From Adineta vaga (Eukaryota; Animalia; Rotifera): a stretch of 64,000 bases of DNA. Numbering within the stretch: the first letter of the stretch is position 1; each line of letters begins with the position of its first letter. The stretch covers positions 14,694,001 through 14,758,000 of the forward strand of contig CP075492.1 in NCBI GenBank assembly GCA_021613535.1, written 5' to 3'. The notes beneath the pieces are model-generated. The model had not been told where the DNA came from. It ran no database searches and was given only the letters and a program-made list of their open reading frames with translations. The translations under genes and the position numbers were made by a program. Positions 48,557-59,710 of this stretch are shown here, in pieces.

Positions 48557-50801
48557 ATGATAGATAAACACGGAGATGAAGAAGCCATGGCCATCAATTC
48601 ACCAGAATTAAAACCACGAATACTCTCGAAGTAAGTGCAATTCATATGATGATCGACAGTAAAAACTTAATATCCATTGTATTATTCATAGTTCACAATG
48701 GTCACGCACTTTACGCTCGTTTGAGCGTAAACATTTTTATGCTACTTTACTCGTATTGGTTATTGTTGGTAGTGTTCTGGCAGTAGCAATTCCTTATTAT
48801 CGAGTCTACAATAAAGGTAAATCAACGACGAAAACATTCGTCCTGGATTTTCATTAAGAGCGTGATATTTCTAGGCAGTTTCAACAATGAACAGGAAGAC
48901 ACTAATTCGGCAACGCAAGTGGAAGAATTAGAAAATGAAACACCAGAAACATTTGGATCTTTGAATGATGAACCGAACAAGGATCAGCCATCACCACGAT
49001 TACGATCAGCTTCATCTTATGTTAGTATTTGAGAATTATTTGTATTTAATTTAGTTCTTCTATAATCTAGCGAAAACATAAATCACCTGAAAATGTTGGT
49101 CACATGAATGTTTATATTCGTAAACCGACTAATGAGGGTACTCAACGACGACCTCATCAACTTCGTTTTCCCGTTGCACGTTACAATCGTCGACGATTGC
49201 GTCTGTATTTTCATACGGGTTAAGTTCATTTGATACAAACAGTCTTTTTTTTAGCTTTTCACGGTCCATTTCTAAGTTTTACTCCTCGCGTTCCAATATT
49301 TGTCGACCGGTTAACACGACAAACTCTTATATTCTCACCGTCAGGAGGTACACAAAAAATTGTAATTTCAAATATCTTAGTCAATAATTTAATTCTTTTA
49401 GTCTATATTTTACCACCAGTGATCAATTTTTATGGTAAAATGTTCTCAGTTGCTGAACTCATTGCATCCGGTTATGCTAGTCTGGTCAGTAGTGGTGCTC
49501 CGCCCGTCAGTCCTATTAATATGTTATCTTATTATCAATCTATTCCATGTTGGTTGATAGTCTAAATTTGTCTTTTTTTTCATTGAATTTATTCTGTTCT
49601 TCACATAGTGCTTGGTCCTGGTATTCCGATGATTAGTCCAACTACAGGTAGCTTTGATGGTGGCATTCGAACAAATTATAAATCATTCAAAACTCGAAAG
49701 TACTCTAGATCCTACTCTCAAATCGATGATTCGTATGAATCAGATGAACAAGACGAAGACGAAGACGAAGAATACGATAACGGTTATTATAAGAGAAGGA
49801 AATCATATCCAAGATATAAATATAATACACAAAAACCAAAAACACTAACAACAACTACTCGTTCTTCAGGTAGGACTCAGTTGAAGACGTAATCATGAAT
49901 CTCCTTTTCTCATTTAGATACATGTTCTTCTGATTGTGACACTGGTTGCACAAAGACATGTTTACGATCTAATGCCAAATGTCGCCCGAAATTAAAAACA
50001 ATATCCATTGTAACTGCACGTGATCAAGCACCATTCATATCTCAAACTGGCGACGATGCACCAGTTGGATTGGATGTTGATTTGATGCAATCTATTGCTG
50101 ATTTATATCAAATAAAATTCGTCTATCAATATGCTGAATTTTCACAATTTATTTCTATGGTTCAGAATGATATCAATCTTATTTCCATTAGTACTCATAC
50201 AGATACAATAGTACGAGAAGAGTTTGTTAATTTCGCTCATTTCTTCAAAACTGGTGTTGGATTTTTTACATTATCAACTTATACAGAAACTATTAATGGT
50301 CTCAGTGATTTATGTGGTAAAACAGTGGCAGTATTAACTAGTTCGATTCAAGAAATTGATGTTCAAAGTCAGAATACAAAATGTGGATCAAATCCTATAA
50401 CAATAATATCAGTTGCATCATCTACAGATAGATTAAAAGCAATTGAAGATGGTACAGCTGATGTAGCTCTTGATGATCAAGCTGTCATCGTCGCTATTGT
50501 TCAAGAATCAGAAGGTAAATTGAAAGAAGTTGGTCAACCATATGATATTCAACCTTTTGGAATATTATGTAATAAAAACAATAAACAATTATGTTGTGCA
50601 TTGGTTAATGCAATAAATTATTTGATTAAAAAAGGTACTTATGAAGATATCTTGAAGAAATATTCTTATTCTTTTAAAAATAACGGTATTTGTCCATCAC
50701 AAATCAATTTAAATGGTACATCATGTTCGTCAAAATGCACACCAAGTGATAGTGAATGTGAACAAAAGTTAGCTTCTACAGAAACTCAATTACCATCATG
50801 A
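48557..50801 (+). CDS. Type II membrane protein ending in a bacterial family-3 (polar amino acid) solute-binding domain, multi-exon
   Basis: Exon 2 TM segment FYATLLVLVIVGSVLAVAIPYY; several short exons follow. The last exon (from ~49919) has Cys-rich TCSSDCDTGCTKTC, then APF…GLDVDL…DTIVREEFVNF…DLCGKTVAV…GTADVA…AINYLIKKGTYEDILKKY. Internal junctions approximate. Confidence 0.7.
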
Positions 50802-50999
50802 TGGTCCAACTATGAACAATATTTTTCATTTTAAAATTTGAATTTTGATTGTAAAAAAGATGTATATGATGGAAATAAACTATTGGATACATATAGACAC
50901 TAATTTGATCGAAAAGTATACTATTAGGTATCATTGGAAAATCAACATGAAGATTTTAGAGAATATAAAAATGTTTGTTGTCCTTTTATCTATCAGATA

Positions 51000-52418
51000 A
51001 TGCTTGCATTGCATTTCTTCTTCTTAATAGTCGTATCTACCTTTGTCACTGACATTTCTTCACAAAACAAAGACATGTTTGCTAACTCTATAGATTTCGT
51101 ATTGTTAACAATTTTTTACCTTACTACATTATTCATCGTGTGTTTTACGAGCAAACAAAGAATTTACTATGGTGAAGCTGAACTTGTTGATCAGTTACTT
51201 ACGAATCCTTCGGAATGGACATATGTCCAACAGACTATCGATGGTTTCTATGTAAATTTTATTGAAATGGATGATATTTTGAGTATCGATGAATTAGTTG
51301 GATTTTTTAAACTTTTTACAAACAAATCTGCTTATTATGAAAGTGATGCTGATCCACATCATCAACCATTAGAGAAAGATAAAATAGCCATCGATCGATT
51401 GCATAGTATAGGATGGAATATAACGTATACGAGTCAAAATTATGGATGGACTGTTGAACGTGATGAAATTTTAGGATATTATAATTTAACTGAACATGTT
51501 AATCGTCGACCAGATTTTGTTCAACTAGGTCCATGGACATTATCAGGAAATATTTCAAATAATCCTGGTACTGGACCTTATTCAAATGCACAATATCGTG
51601 CATGGATAAATCAATCCGATGGTGTTTCAACAGATGGACCACTTGGTTTTTGGCAAATTGATTTTCAACAAATGCGCGAAGGTAGTTATTCTGTTGTTCA
51701 ATATGCACAAAAGATTGGTAAATCAGCAGCCGTGATGCTTTGTCCATATGGTGCTGGTGTTCCAACGTATAATTCAACGAGAGATTTTCTTACTGTAGGT
51801 ATATCAGTTATTCAAGGTCATGAAGATAATGATGCTGATCCGGATATTTGGATCATTTTTGAGTATGCTGATGGGAGTATTTCTGCAATTCCTGAACAAA
51901 TCAGTGGCTATCCAGCGAATTCAACTACTGGAATGGCATTCTATGCATTGAAACATCGAGATGGAATACCTGAAACACTTGATTTATATATTAATGAAGG
52001 AAAAATTGGACAATATAGTTTTGTGAAAGAATCAAGAAAAGTAGATATGATTTTAAATTCTAATGTACCTATTGGAACAATTCTTAATTATACATTCGTA
52101 ATAGCTGATTATAGTTCATGGCTCGATTATGCTGCTTGTATTCGAGTTTTCACTGTCGGTGATCCAATGAATGGATGGGAGATAAATTATACAATTCGCG
52201 GAATAGACATAACTTCAACTATACATAGTACTGATGGATTTCTTTTCATTCGAGAAAATCGTATTCAACCACAAACAATTCAAAGTGTTAATGTATCCTT
52301 TATTCGAACATCTACTGTACATAATAATATGACATTGATCATCGAACTAACTCCGCATCGTGGGAGTGATCGGGTTGATTCACTTCGAATCATCACTGTA
52401 AATGAATCCGATAAATGA
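51000..52418 (+). CDS. Uncharacterised secreted or membrane-anchored protein, intronless, microbial-looking
   Basis: Long ORF with a hydrophobic N-terminus and a Trp/Tyr/Asp-rich globular region (WTYVQQTIDGFYVNFIE, PDIWIIFEY). No metazoan motif recognised. Confidence 0.6.
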   Translation: MLALHFFFLIVVSTFVTDISSQNKDMFANSIDFVLLTIFYLTTLFIVCFTSKQRIYYGEAELVDQLLTNPSEWTYVQQTIDGFYVNFIEMDDILSIDELVGFFKLFTNKSAYYESDADPHHQPLEKDKIAIDRLHSIGWNITYTSQNYGWTVERDEILGYYNLTEHVNRRPDFVQLGPWTLSGNISNNPGTGPYSNAQYRAWINQSDGVSTDGPLGFWQIDFQQMREGSYSVVQYAQKIGKSAAVMLCPYGAGVPTYNSTRDFLTVGISVIQGHEDNDADPDIWIIFEYADGSISAIPEQISGYPANSTTGMAFYALKHRDGIPETLDLYINEGKIGQYSFVKESRKVDMILNSNVPIGTILNYTFVIADYSSWLDYAACIRVFTVGDPMNGWEINYTIRGIDITSTIHSTDGFLFIRENRIQPQTIQSVNVSFIRTSTVHNNMTLIIELTPHRGSDRVDSLRIITVNESDK

Positions 52419-52504
52419 AATCGTTGTCTTTACATGCTTGAATATATTCTATGTAAAATAAACTACAGCTCGTATACATATAAATATGAAATGAGAAAGA
52501 AAAG

Positions 52505-53518
52505 TTATAATTGAATTTTCTCAGTACTAACATCGAAATTTCTGCTAACAAAAACAAATGAATTCGGTGGAATTAAATGCCAATCTTCTGCCTTGTATGT
52601 ATTTGGTTCACTGGCAACAATTGCATGTTTTCCATGTTTATCAGTTTCATATATTGATTTTCTTCGACTATCTTTTCCATCGGGATGATCTGGATACTTT
52701 CGATTAAGTGTTGGACCAGCTGTAGTTGAATAATATAATGATGGTGGCTCAAGTTGATCCGTTGATGCAAATCGTGTTGCCAGTAATTGACAACCATCGC
52801 TAACAGCAAAATTTAAAGCACTATGAAGAGAAATTTCCTCATTGTTGTTCTTAGTTTCATCAATAAGAGCAAGAACATCGCGAAGAGTTTTAATCATTGC
52901 TTCTTTGAGTTGTTCAATTTCTAATTCTGCATCCCAATCATCACCTAAATATGTAAAGAAAAGAGCAGCAACATGTTCTGTATCGGTTGTTCCAAAGATA
53001 TTTCCATACGCTTTTGTTGATAATTTACTTAATAATTTTACTTTAATTTTTGAGAAATTAGCGACATATCCATTATGCATGAACATATAACGACCAAATA
53101 TAAATGGATGATTGTTTGTTTCAACAATCGGTGAACTTGCTGTACCAGCACGGATATGTGCAAACACACATTTTGTTGCTGTATGTGCACATAGAGATGC
53201 AAGATTAAGATCATTGATAGGTGGACGTGTATTTCGATATACACATGGTCTGTTAATATAATCATCATTGAATTCAGCAGCGACACCCGTATAAAAACCG
53301 ATACCAAATCCATCGACATTAGTAAAATGATTCGGACCACGTTCATCAGATGCTACACCAGAACTATACATTTTTTTACCCAGATGTTCACCATAACTGA
53401 TATGAAGATTTGGAAGAAAGTGTACATCGATTTGTTTAACGATAGAATGTTTTGGTTTAATAAGAATATCTTCAAGAAGAGCAGGCTCTTCACCAATATA
53501 TGCAAACCATCGACACAT
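52505..53518 (-). CDS. Class II glutamine amidotransferase (Ntn hydrolase; fungal DUG3 / EgtC-like), intronless
   Basis: N-terminal MCRW (Cys2 nucleophile); motifs NVDGFGIGFY, FAHIRA, NNHPF, FMHNG, GTTDTEH and IVASEP. Confidence 0.9.
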   Translation of the reverse strand: MCRWFAYIGEEPALLEDILIKPKHSIVKQIDVHFLPNLHISYGEHLGKKMYSSGVASDERGPNHFTNVDGFGIGFYTGVAAEFNDDYINRPCVYRNTRPPINDLNLASLCAHTATKCVFAHIRAGTASSPIVETNNHPFIFGRYMFMHNGYVANFSKIKVKLLSKLSTKAYGNIFGTTDTEHVAALFFTYLGDDWDAELEIEQLKEAMIKTLRDVLALIDETKNNNEEISLHSALNFAVSDGCQLLATRFASTDQLEPPSLYYSTTAGPTLNRKYPDHPDGKDSRRKSIYETDKHGKHAIVASEPNTYKAEDWHLIPPNSFVFVSRNFDVSTEKIQL

Positions 53519-53764
53519 ATTTGTTTCTGTTTTGCTTCATCGATTGTTATTTTGTATACATTTAGATAATATTTCTTTCCTGACGATATTTTGCAAATAA
53601 TACGATGTCTATGATTCATTACTTCTTACTATTTGCTCACAGATGACGTGTCAATAATTGCACAAAGGTATGTAATTTCTATTAGTCATACCCTTTTTCA
53701 CTCGTTCTATCGTATATAAATAGGGAGAAATAGTCACAATCAATATATTCATAAACTGTTGATC

Positions 53765-54863
53765 ATGGCACATACAGCACTGAACGATGATGAAATTACA
53801 GAATATTTTGATACACCAGGTAGAATTTGTTTTTCACTGAAATTTATATGATCAAAACTATATACATACAGATGAATTGGATAAGAAAATTAAAACTTTA
53901 GCCCAGTTTATTCGGGATTCAAAACAATTTGTTGTTTATACTGGAGCAGGTAATTTCTATTATTTTCACTTCAAAACACGTTCTCAATCAAAAATAGGCA
54001 TATCCACATCTGCTGGTATCAATGATTTTCGTGGTCCATCAGGTGTTTGGACGGCTCGAGCACGAGGTATTGTTTTACCACCACCGACTGTACGTAATCC
54101 AGAACCAACATTGACTCATATGGCTTATGTAGAATTAATGAAACAGAATTATTTGAAATTTTTGGTTTCACAAAATTGTGATGGTCTTCATTTAAAAAGT
54201 GGCATATCACCAAGTAAAATTGCCGAATTACATGGAAATGGAAATTGTGAAGCTTGTGCAAAATGTGGTAAAGTCTATTATAGACAAAAGCATGTCAATC
54301 AATATGAACATGGAACTTGGCTAACAGGAAATACGTGTACCGTTCCGAATTGTTATGGTCGTTTACGTTGTACAACAGTTGCTTTTACTCAATCAATGCC
54401 AGATATTTGTTTAAATAAAGCAATGCAAAATTCACAAATATGTGATTTAAGTTTATGTATGGGAACATCAATGCGAGTTTCACCAGCATGTACACTTCCA
54501 TGTATGAATTTACAAGCTGGACAAAAGATGGTTATTGTTAGTAAGTTTTTCTTTCTACTGTTTTCAAAATTTTAGTTACTGATCGTTTGATTTAGATTTA
54601 CAAAAGACACCTTACGATAAAAACTGTGCATTGAGAATATTTGCACGTTGTGATGATGTGATGAGTATGATTATGAAAGAATTGAATTTAACCATTCCAC
54701 CATATGTTGATTTGAAATTATGGTCAGATGAACAATGGTTAAAAGATTTTGAAAATAATTGGCCTTTTAGGTAAAAGTTTTAAGAAAAATGTTCGACTCA
54801 TTATTTCTGCATCTTTATTCTAGAACTGCTGGCGACAAAGGATGGTTTTCCGGTAATATGTAA
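53765..54863 (+). CDS. Sirtuin (Sir2 family NAD+-dependent deacylase), class IV (SIRT6/7-like)
   Basis: YTGAG|ISTSAGINDFRGPSGVWT, SQNCDGLH, ELHGN, zinc ribbon CAKC…CTVPNC, MGTSMRVSPA and LQKTPYD; four short introns. Confidence 0.9.
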
Positions 54864-55160
54864 ATCATTCATCGTTTCTTATGATTGAACTGAAAGTATC
54901 TTTGTATATTTAATAAAGAAAATTAAAATGAGTCTATCATTGCACATAAAAATCAGTTAAAATAATCATACGACAATGTATAACACGTGGACAGAAATTT
55001 ATCTCAATCTAAACATTGATTCATTTTTTTAAAAAATATCAAATAGGGTTGCATGTCATTATTATAGTTTTCTTTTTTCATTCTTATCATTTTATTTTAA
55101 CCTATATAAAAAAAGACGTTGATGTTCTACAATAACACATCTATTAAAAGAAAAACAGTA

Positions 55161-56516
55161 ATGACGTCTTGGCTTGTTTCTCCATCGTTAGCGACAGGAC
55201 AAAATCGTCGAATTGAACTTCCTGGAATTGATCTGTGGATCATTGCACGTGTAGATAAAGTATTTGTCTATCCATCTGAGTTAAATATCGATCGTTTCAA
55301 GGATGCACTTGCTCGTACTCTTTCAATATGGCCTCTTATTGCCGGTCGTTTTCTTCTTCTTGACGGTGATCAGTATGTGATTGAAATGTCAGACAATCCA
55401 ATACCAGTAACATATGCTGATACTAATAAACTATCTGCTTGGCCCAATGATTTATATATCGTCTCAGAATTACATCAGAATCCACTTGAACCATATATTG
55501 ATGAAGTACAAGTTGCCAAACTAATTTCTGGTTCTTTAGACGAACCACTTTTTCGTTTGAAATTAACATGTCTTATGCAAAGTGGTGAATGGATATTGGG
55601 AGTAAGTTGGGCACATATATTGGGCGATGCTGGTGCGTTATTCCATTATTTAGGTACTATTTCGCGTATATATCAACAACTTGAACCTCTTGAACCAATG
55701 CCTATCTTTGAAAGACGTCTATGGTTAGAAGATGAAGTCGATTCATCGTTTCTACCATTAATGAAACATCTAACTCATGCTGGGCCATTAGGAGAAATGT
55801 TTCAATTATTTGGTAGTTGGAAAGATACACATGATCATGTTAACATTCGCTTTTCAGGAGATCAACTAGCTAAATTACGTGAGTTAGCCGGTGGAAGTCA
55901 AGTTACTATTCAAGATTCACTTTCTGCTTACATTATTCTTACTCTAAATAAACATTGCTATAACAATGATAATCGACGTCATATTTTACGAGCTAATACA
56001 ACAGTTAATTTCCGTGGTGTTTCTGATACAATTGCTCCAATTGGACATGTTTCTAACGCTATATTCCAGATGTTATCGAATAATTTTGAAGATCCATTAT
56101 CTTTAACAAATATAGCCAAAACAATTCGTCGTTCAATTGTACAATCACGTAATTCGAAATTTCTCGAAACATGGTTGGCCACTGCTGATGGATTGCTACG
56201 AAAAATTGCGCGAGACAATCTATTAGCAAATTGGGATCAATTTTCAAATGAAATCATAATTAATTCGAATTATCGATATGATTGGGTGAAGTTTGTTGAT
56301 TTCGGATATACAGATCAATGTCGTGTCTATACAGCATGGACAGGACCATTGTATTTACGTATATTTCGTTTGAATCCTGTAAGAGATAATATGACATGGT
56401 TACCTCGTGATCGAAATGGAGCTGAAGTTGCTTTTCGAATTGAAAAGAACATGAAAGATCGTTTTATTCATGCTTGGAAAAAAGATATTGAAGAGAATTT
56501 TACTAATATTTGTTAA
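55161..56516 (+). CDS. CoA-dependent acyltransferase of the BAHD/fungal Tri101-like 'Transferase' family, intronless
   Basis: LARTLSIWPLIAGR, an HxxxD motif (AHILGDA) and a C-terminal VDFG. Confidence 0.8.
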   Translation: MTSWLVSPSLATGQNRRIELPGIDLWIIARVDKVFVYPSELNIDRFKDALARTLSIWPLIAGRFLLLDGDQYVIEMSDNPIPVTYADTNKLSAWPNDLYIVSELHQNPLEPYIDEVQVAKLISGSLDEPLFRLKLTCLMQSGEWILGVSWAHILGDAGALFHYLGTISRIYQQLEPLEPMPIFERRLWLEDEVDSSFLPLMKHLTHAGPLGEMFQLFGSWKDTHDHVNIRFSGDQLAKLRELAGGSQVTIQDSLSAYIILTLNKHCYNNDNRRHILRANTTVNFRGVSDTIAPIGHVSNAIFQMLSNNFEDPLSLTNIAKTIRRSIVQSRNSKFLETWLATADGLLRKIARDNLLANWDQFSNEIIINSNYRYDWVKFVDFGYTDQCRVYTAWTGPLYLRIFRLNPVRDNMTWLPRDRNGAEVAFRIEKNMKDRFIHAWKKDIEENFTNIC

Positions 56517-56680
56517 TAATGAATTGCTACAGATGTCTCTCTCTTTCAAACATCATTCATCTTATGCACATTTAGAGGAGAAAACAATATAATGATGGTA
56601 GATTGAATATTAAAAATTCCTTTTCTTTTTTATTTCTTGCATTCTTCACCGAATAGAAGTCTATACTCATAATTAAAAGA

Positions 56681-57858
56681 ATGAGTTCGCATAATTATTC
56701 ACAACCATCTGCACCACCTCCACCCTATGAATCTGTGCATAATGAAAATCGACAAAACTCAAATCAAGAACGTATGCCTAATTTCGATCAATTTGTTAAT
56801 CGTTATGAAAGTACATATTGATTAAAATGTTCGATGATTCATATACAAATATCTGTATCTATATTTAGTCAGTCCAAGCTTTGCTGAACGATTATATAAG
56901 TTAAAAGGTTATGAAATTGTTTTTATCTGTGATGATTCAGGTTCCATGACTGCACCTATTGGTAAATGATTCGTTTTTTTATCTGCAAGGAGAAAATGTT
57001 TGTGTTGTTTAGGTGAAACGTCCAATTCATATGAACGTCAAAGAACACGTTGTAAGAATCATTTTTTGATATATGAAAATAAAAAAAGACGAGATATTAA
57101 AATTCATTTCAGGGGATGAATTAAAACAAACGGTATCGATCGTAGTCGATCTAGCTAGTATACTTGATTCTGATGGTGTTGATGTTTATTTTCTCAATCG
57201 TGAACCAATGCTTCGTGTACGTAATTCATCAGAATTAGAATTTATTTTCGCTATGGAACCAGAAGGTATATAGATACATCAATAAATAATATTCTTTATT
57301 AATTGTTTATATTGAAATGAGCTTTTTAGGTTCAACACCAATTGTACCCGTACTTCGTCAAGTTCTTAAAGAAAAACGTAATCAAATCTATGAACGCAAT
57401 TTACTTATTCTTTTAGCAACAGATGGTATACCAACGGATGAAAAAGAACGTACGGATATTCAAACCTTAGAACATGTACTTCGAAATGAACGTCAACCAA
57501 TCAATCAAATTCCTGTAACAATCATTGTTTGTACAGGTAGATTTACAATTAAATCGATTGTACGATAGTTTTCTTTGCGTTGATTTAGATGATGATCAAT
57601 CAATGGCATATTTAAATGATTGGGATAAAAAAATTCCTAATCTTGATGTTGTCGATGATTATCGTAGTGAGAGAAGTCAAATTCAAGCTTGTCGAGGCAA
57701 AAATACTCCATTCAGTTTCGGTGATGTAATACGATGCCAATAACTTATTCAATTGTTTGCTATTTTCTGTCATTTTTATTTAGTATATTGTTAAAATTTT
57801 ACTTGGTGGTATTGATAGTTGGTTTGATAATTGGGATGAAAGAAGTCATCAACAATAA
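56681..57858 (+). CDS. vWA-domain protein with MIDAS motif, multi-exon
   Basis: N-terminal PSAPPPPY; motifs IVFICDDSGSM (MIDAS), GVDVYFLNR, GSTPI, ILLATDGIPTD, LDVVDDYRSE and FSFGD|YIVK. Confidence 0.85.
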
Positions 57859-57967
57859 TTCATAATAATTGTCTATAGATTTTTTTTTCACAAATCGAAT
57901 AAATTTATTAAGATTTAAACAAAGAAAAGCAAAGGAAAATAGTGTTCAATTAATGAGTTATTTCGTT

Positions 57968-58228
57968 TCATATTATAGTACATGGTTTCTTGACTTCATA
58001 TACATTTGATCGATTTATAAAACCTTTAACAAGTACATCAGTTGATTCATGTTCTTGACAATATTGAATTAAATCTTTACATGCTGTTGAGACTTTAATT
58101 CGTTGAATATTTGCTTCATTTCGTAGTTGAACGACAATTTTTGCTTTCTTATCGACAGATGACATATTTTCTTTCTATAACAGAATGGTTTCATATAAAT
58201 TTAACAGGAGAAAGATTATACTCACCAT
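57968..58228 (-). CDS. Heterotrimeric G-protein gamma subunit
   Basis: VVQLRNEANIQRIKVSTACKDLIQYC…D.LVKG…N with CaaX terminus CTII. An upstream ATG (58228-58226) can splice in frame via intron 58225-58175. Confidence 0.9.
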
Positions 58229-58813
58229 ATATATTAGAACATAAAGAATGGTTCATATTAGTAAGATAAATATCTACAATCATCAATTTATTTGACGTGC
58301 CATACGTCAATCTATTATGTTAACAATCTCCTTTTTTTTTATGAAACTGTTCTTTATTATCGTGCTAGTCAGTTGTCATCATTTATTTGATACTCTATTT
58401 GCATGGAAAATAAAAAAGAAAGAAAACAGTCACGTAATAATTATTCTTTGTCAAATGTGTAGAAAGAAGCACGTAGTAATATTGAAGTCATAGCTCTATG
58501 AAAGAAGAATTTCTCTCGAATTAAGGTAACATCGACTGCGTTTAGACCATTTCTTATCTCCATCCAATGTAAGTTTTTTACGTGTATGATATCCGGTTTG
58601 TTTGATTAGCTCGATCGTCTTATATATCGTTCATGTTTGTGATGAAAATCTATTATAGTCGTCTGAATTTCTAGTTTGTTCTATTGATTTTTGAAGATGT
58701 GATCTAAGATAGATATTCACTGTAGATAATTGAAATGTAAAATATAGATGAAAATGTTTGATGCAGATACACAATACAATATTGAAAGTAGTTTTCATAT
58801 AAATGCATGTCAA

Positions 58814-59710
58814 TTACATCACAGTTGCCACAACTGTACCTGGCTCTATTTGCCCTCGTCTCATCATCATGAATTCTTGCAATTGATTAGTAAATTGATA
58901 TAAAGCAATCATAACAGCTGCCATAGATGAATCAAGAAATACGAAAGCAATTCGAAAATGATATTTTGGTGGAATTGTAAAGAATGACATGAGAATAAAT
59001 ATAACATACGGAAATCCAAGTATTAACAAAATGATCACTAGTACAACGATACGTTTTACCATTTTTAGTTCACGTTGTGCACGTGTAACAATATTAACAG
59101 AAGTGATATGTGTATTCATTTGTTGAACATAACGAATTAATTTATAATAAATGATCATTGTTACTGAGATTGGAATTAGATAAACACAACTGGCCATATA
59201 AATAATTGAAAAGGATAATTGAAGTGGTATTTGACATAGTTGATTGTCAACATTATATATCACTTCACCTCTTGCAACAAATTCACTCGGAACTATAAAA
59301 CCGTATATCCATGATAAACCAAGCAGTAAACTTTGAAATCTGATGGACTGATAAAATAAACGATGTGGATAAACTACAATTATATACCGATAAAACGCTT
59401 GTAAAGCAAATGATATATTGAAGATAGCACATACACCGTAGGAAATATATGCTCGAACAAAACAAAAGACATCATAAGTTTCAGTCTGTTGAAGATCATT
59501 TTGTAAGGTAAAGATCGCAATACTGAGCATAATAAGTCCAAATAAAGTCGCACTCAATGAAGTATTAGCAATCAACAACATTGGAATTGTATGACATTTT
59601 TTATCCAAAATGATAATAATAAGAAAAACAATACCTAATATACTAGTTAAACTAGTACTTAGAACTAAGATTATATCAAATGGAATAAACCATGATTCGA
59701 TAGTAATCAT
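58814..59710 (-). CDS. Rhodopsin-like orphan GPCR, intronless
   Basis: Seven hydrophobic segments, LLIAN (TM2), QAFYRY (DRY position), LCQI (ECL2 Cys) and LGFPY (TM6). Likely start MITIESW at 59710. Confidence 0.85.
   Translation of the reverse strand: MITIESWFIPFDIILVLSTSLTSILGIVFLIIIILDKKCHTIPMLLIANTSLSATLFGLIMLSIAIFTLQNDLQQTETYDVFCFVRAYISYGVCAIFNISFALQAFYRYIIVVYPHRLFYQSIRFQSLLLGLSWIYGFIVPSEFVARGEVIYNVDNQLCQIPLQLSFSIIYMASCVYLIPISVTMIIYYKLIRYVQQMNTHITSVNIVTRAQRELKMVKRIVVLVIILLILGFPYVIFILMSFFTIPPKYHFRIAFVFLDSSMAAVMIALYQFTNQLQEFMMMRRGQIEPGTVVATVM

Noticed and set aside
46661-56516. Bacterial contamination or an operon
   Set aside because: Base composition matches the flanks, orientations are mixed, spliceosomal introns occur in the SBP-fusion and sirtuin genes, and AATAAA-like signals follow several stops.
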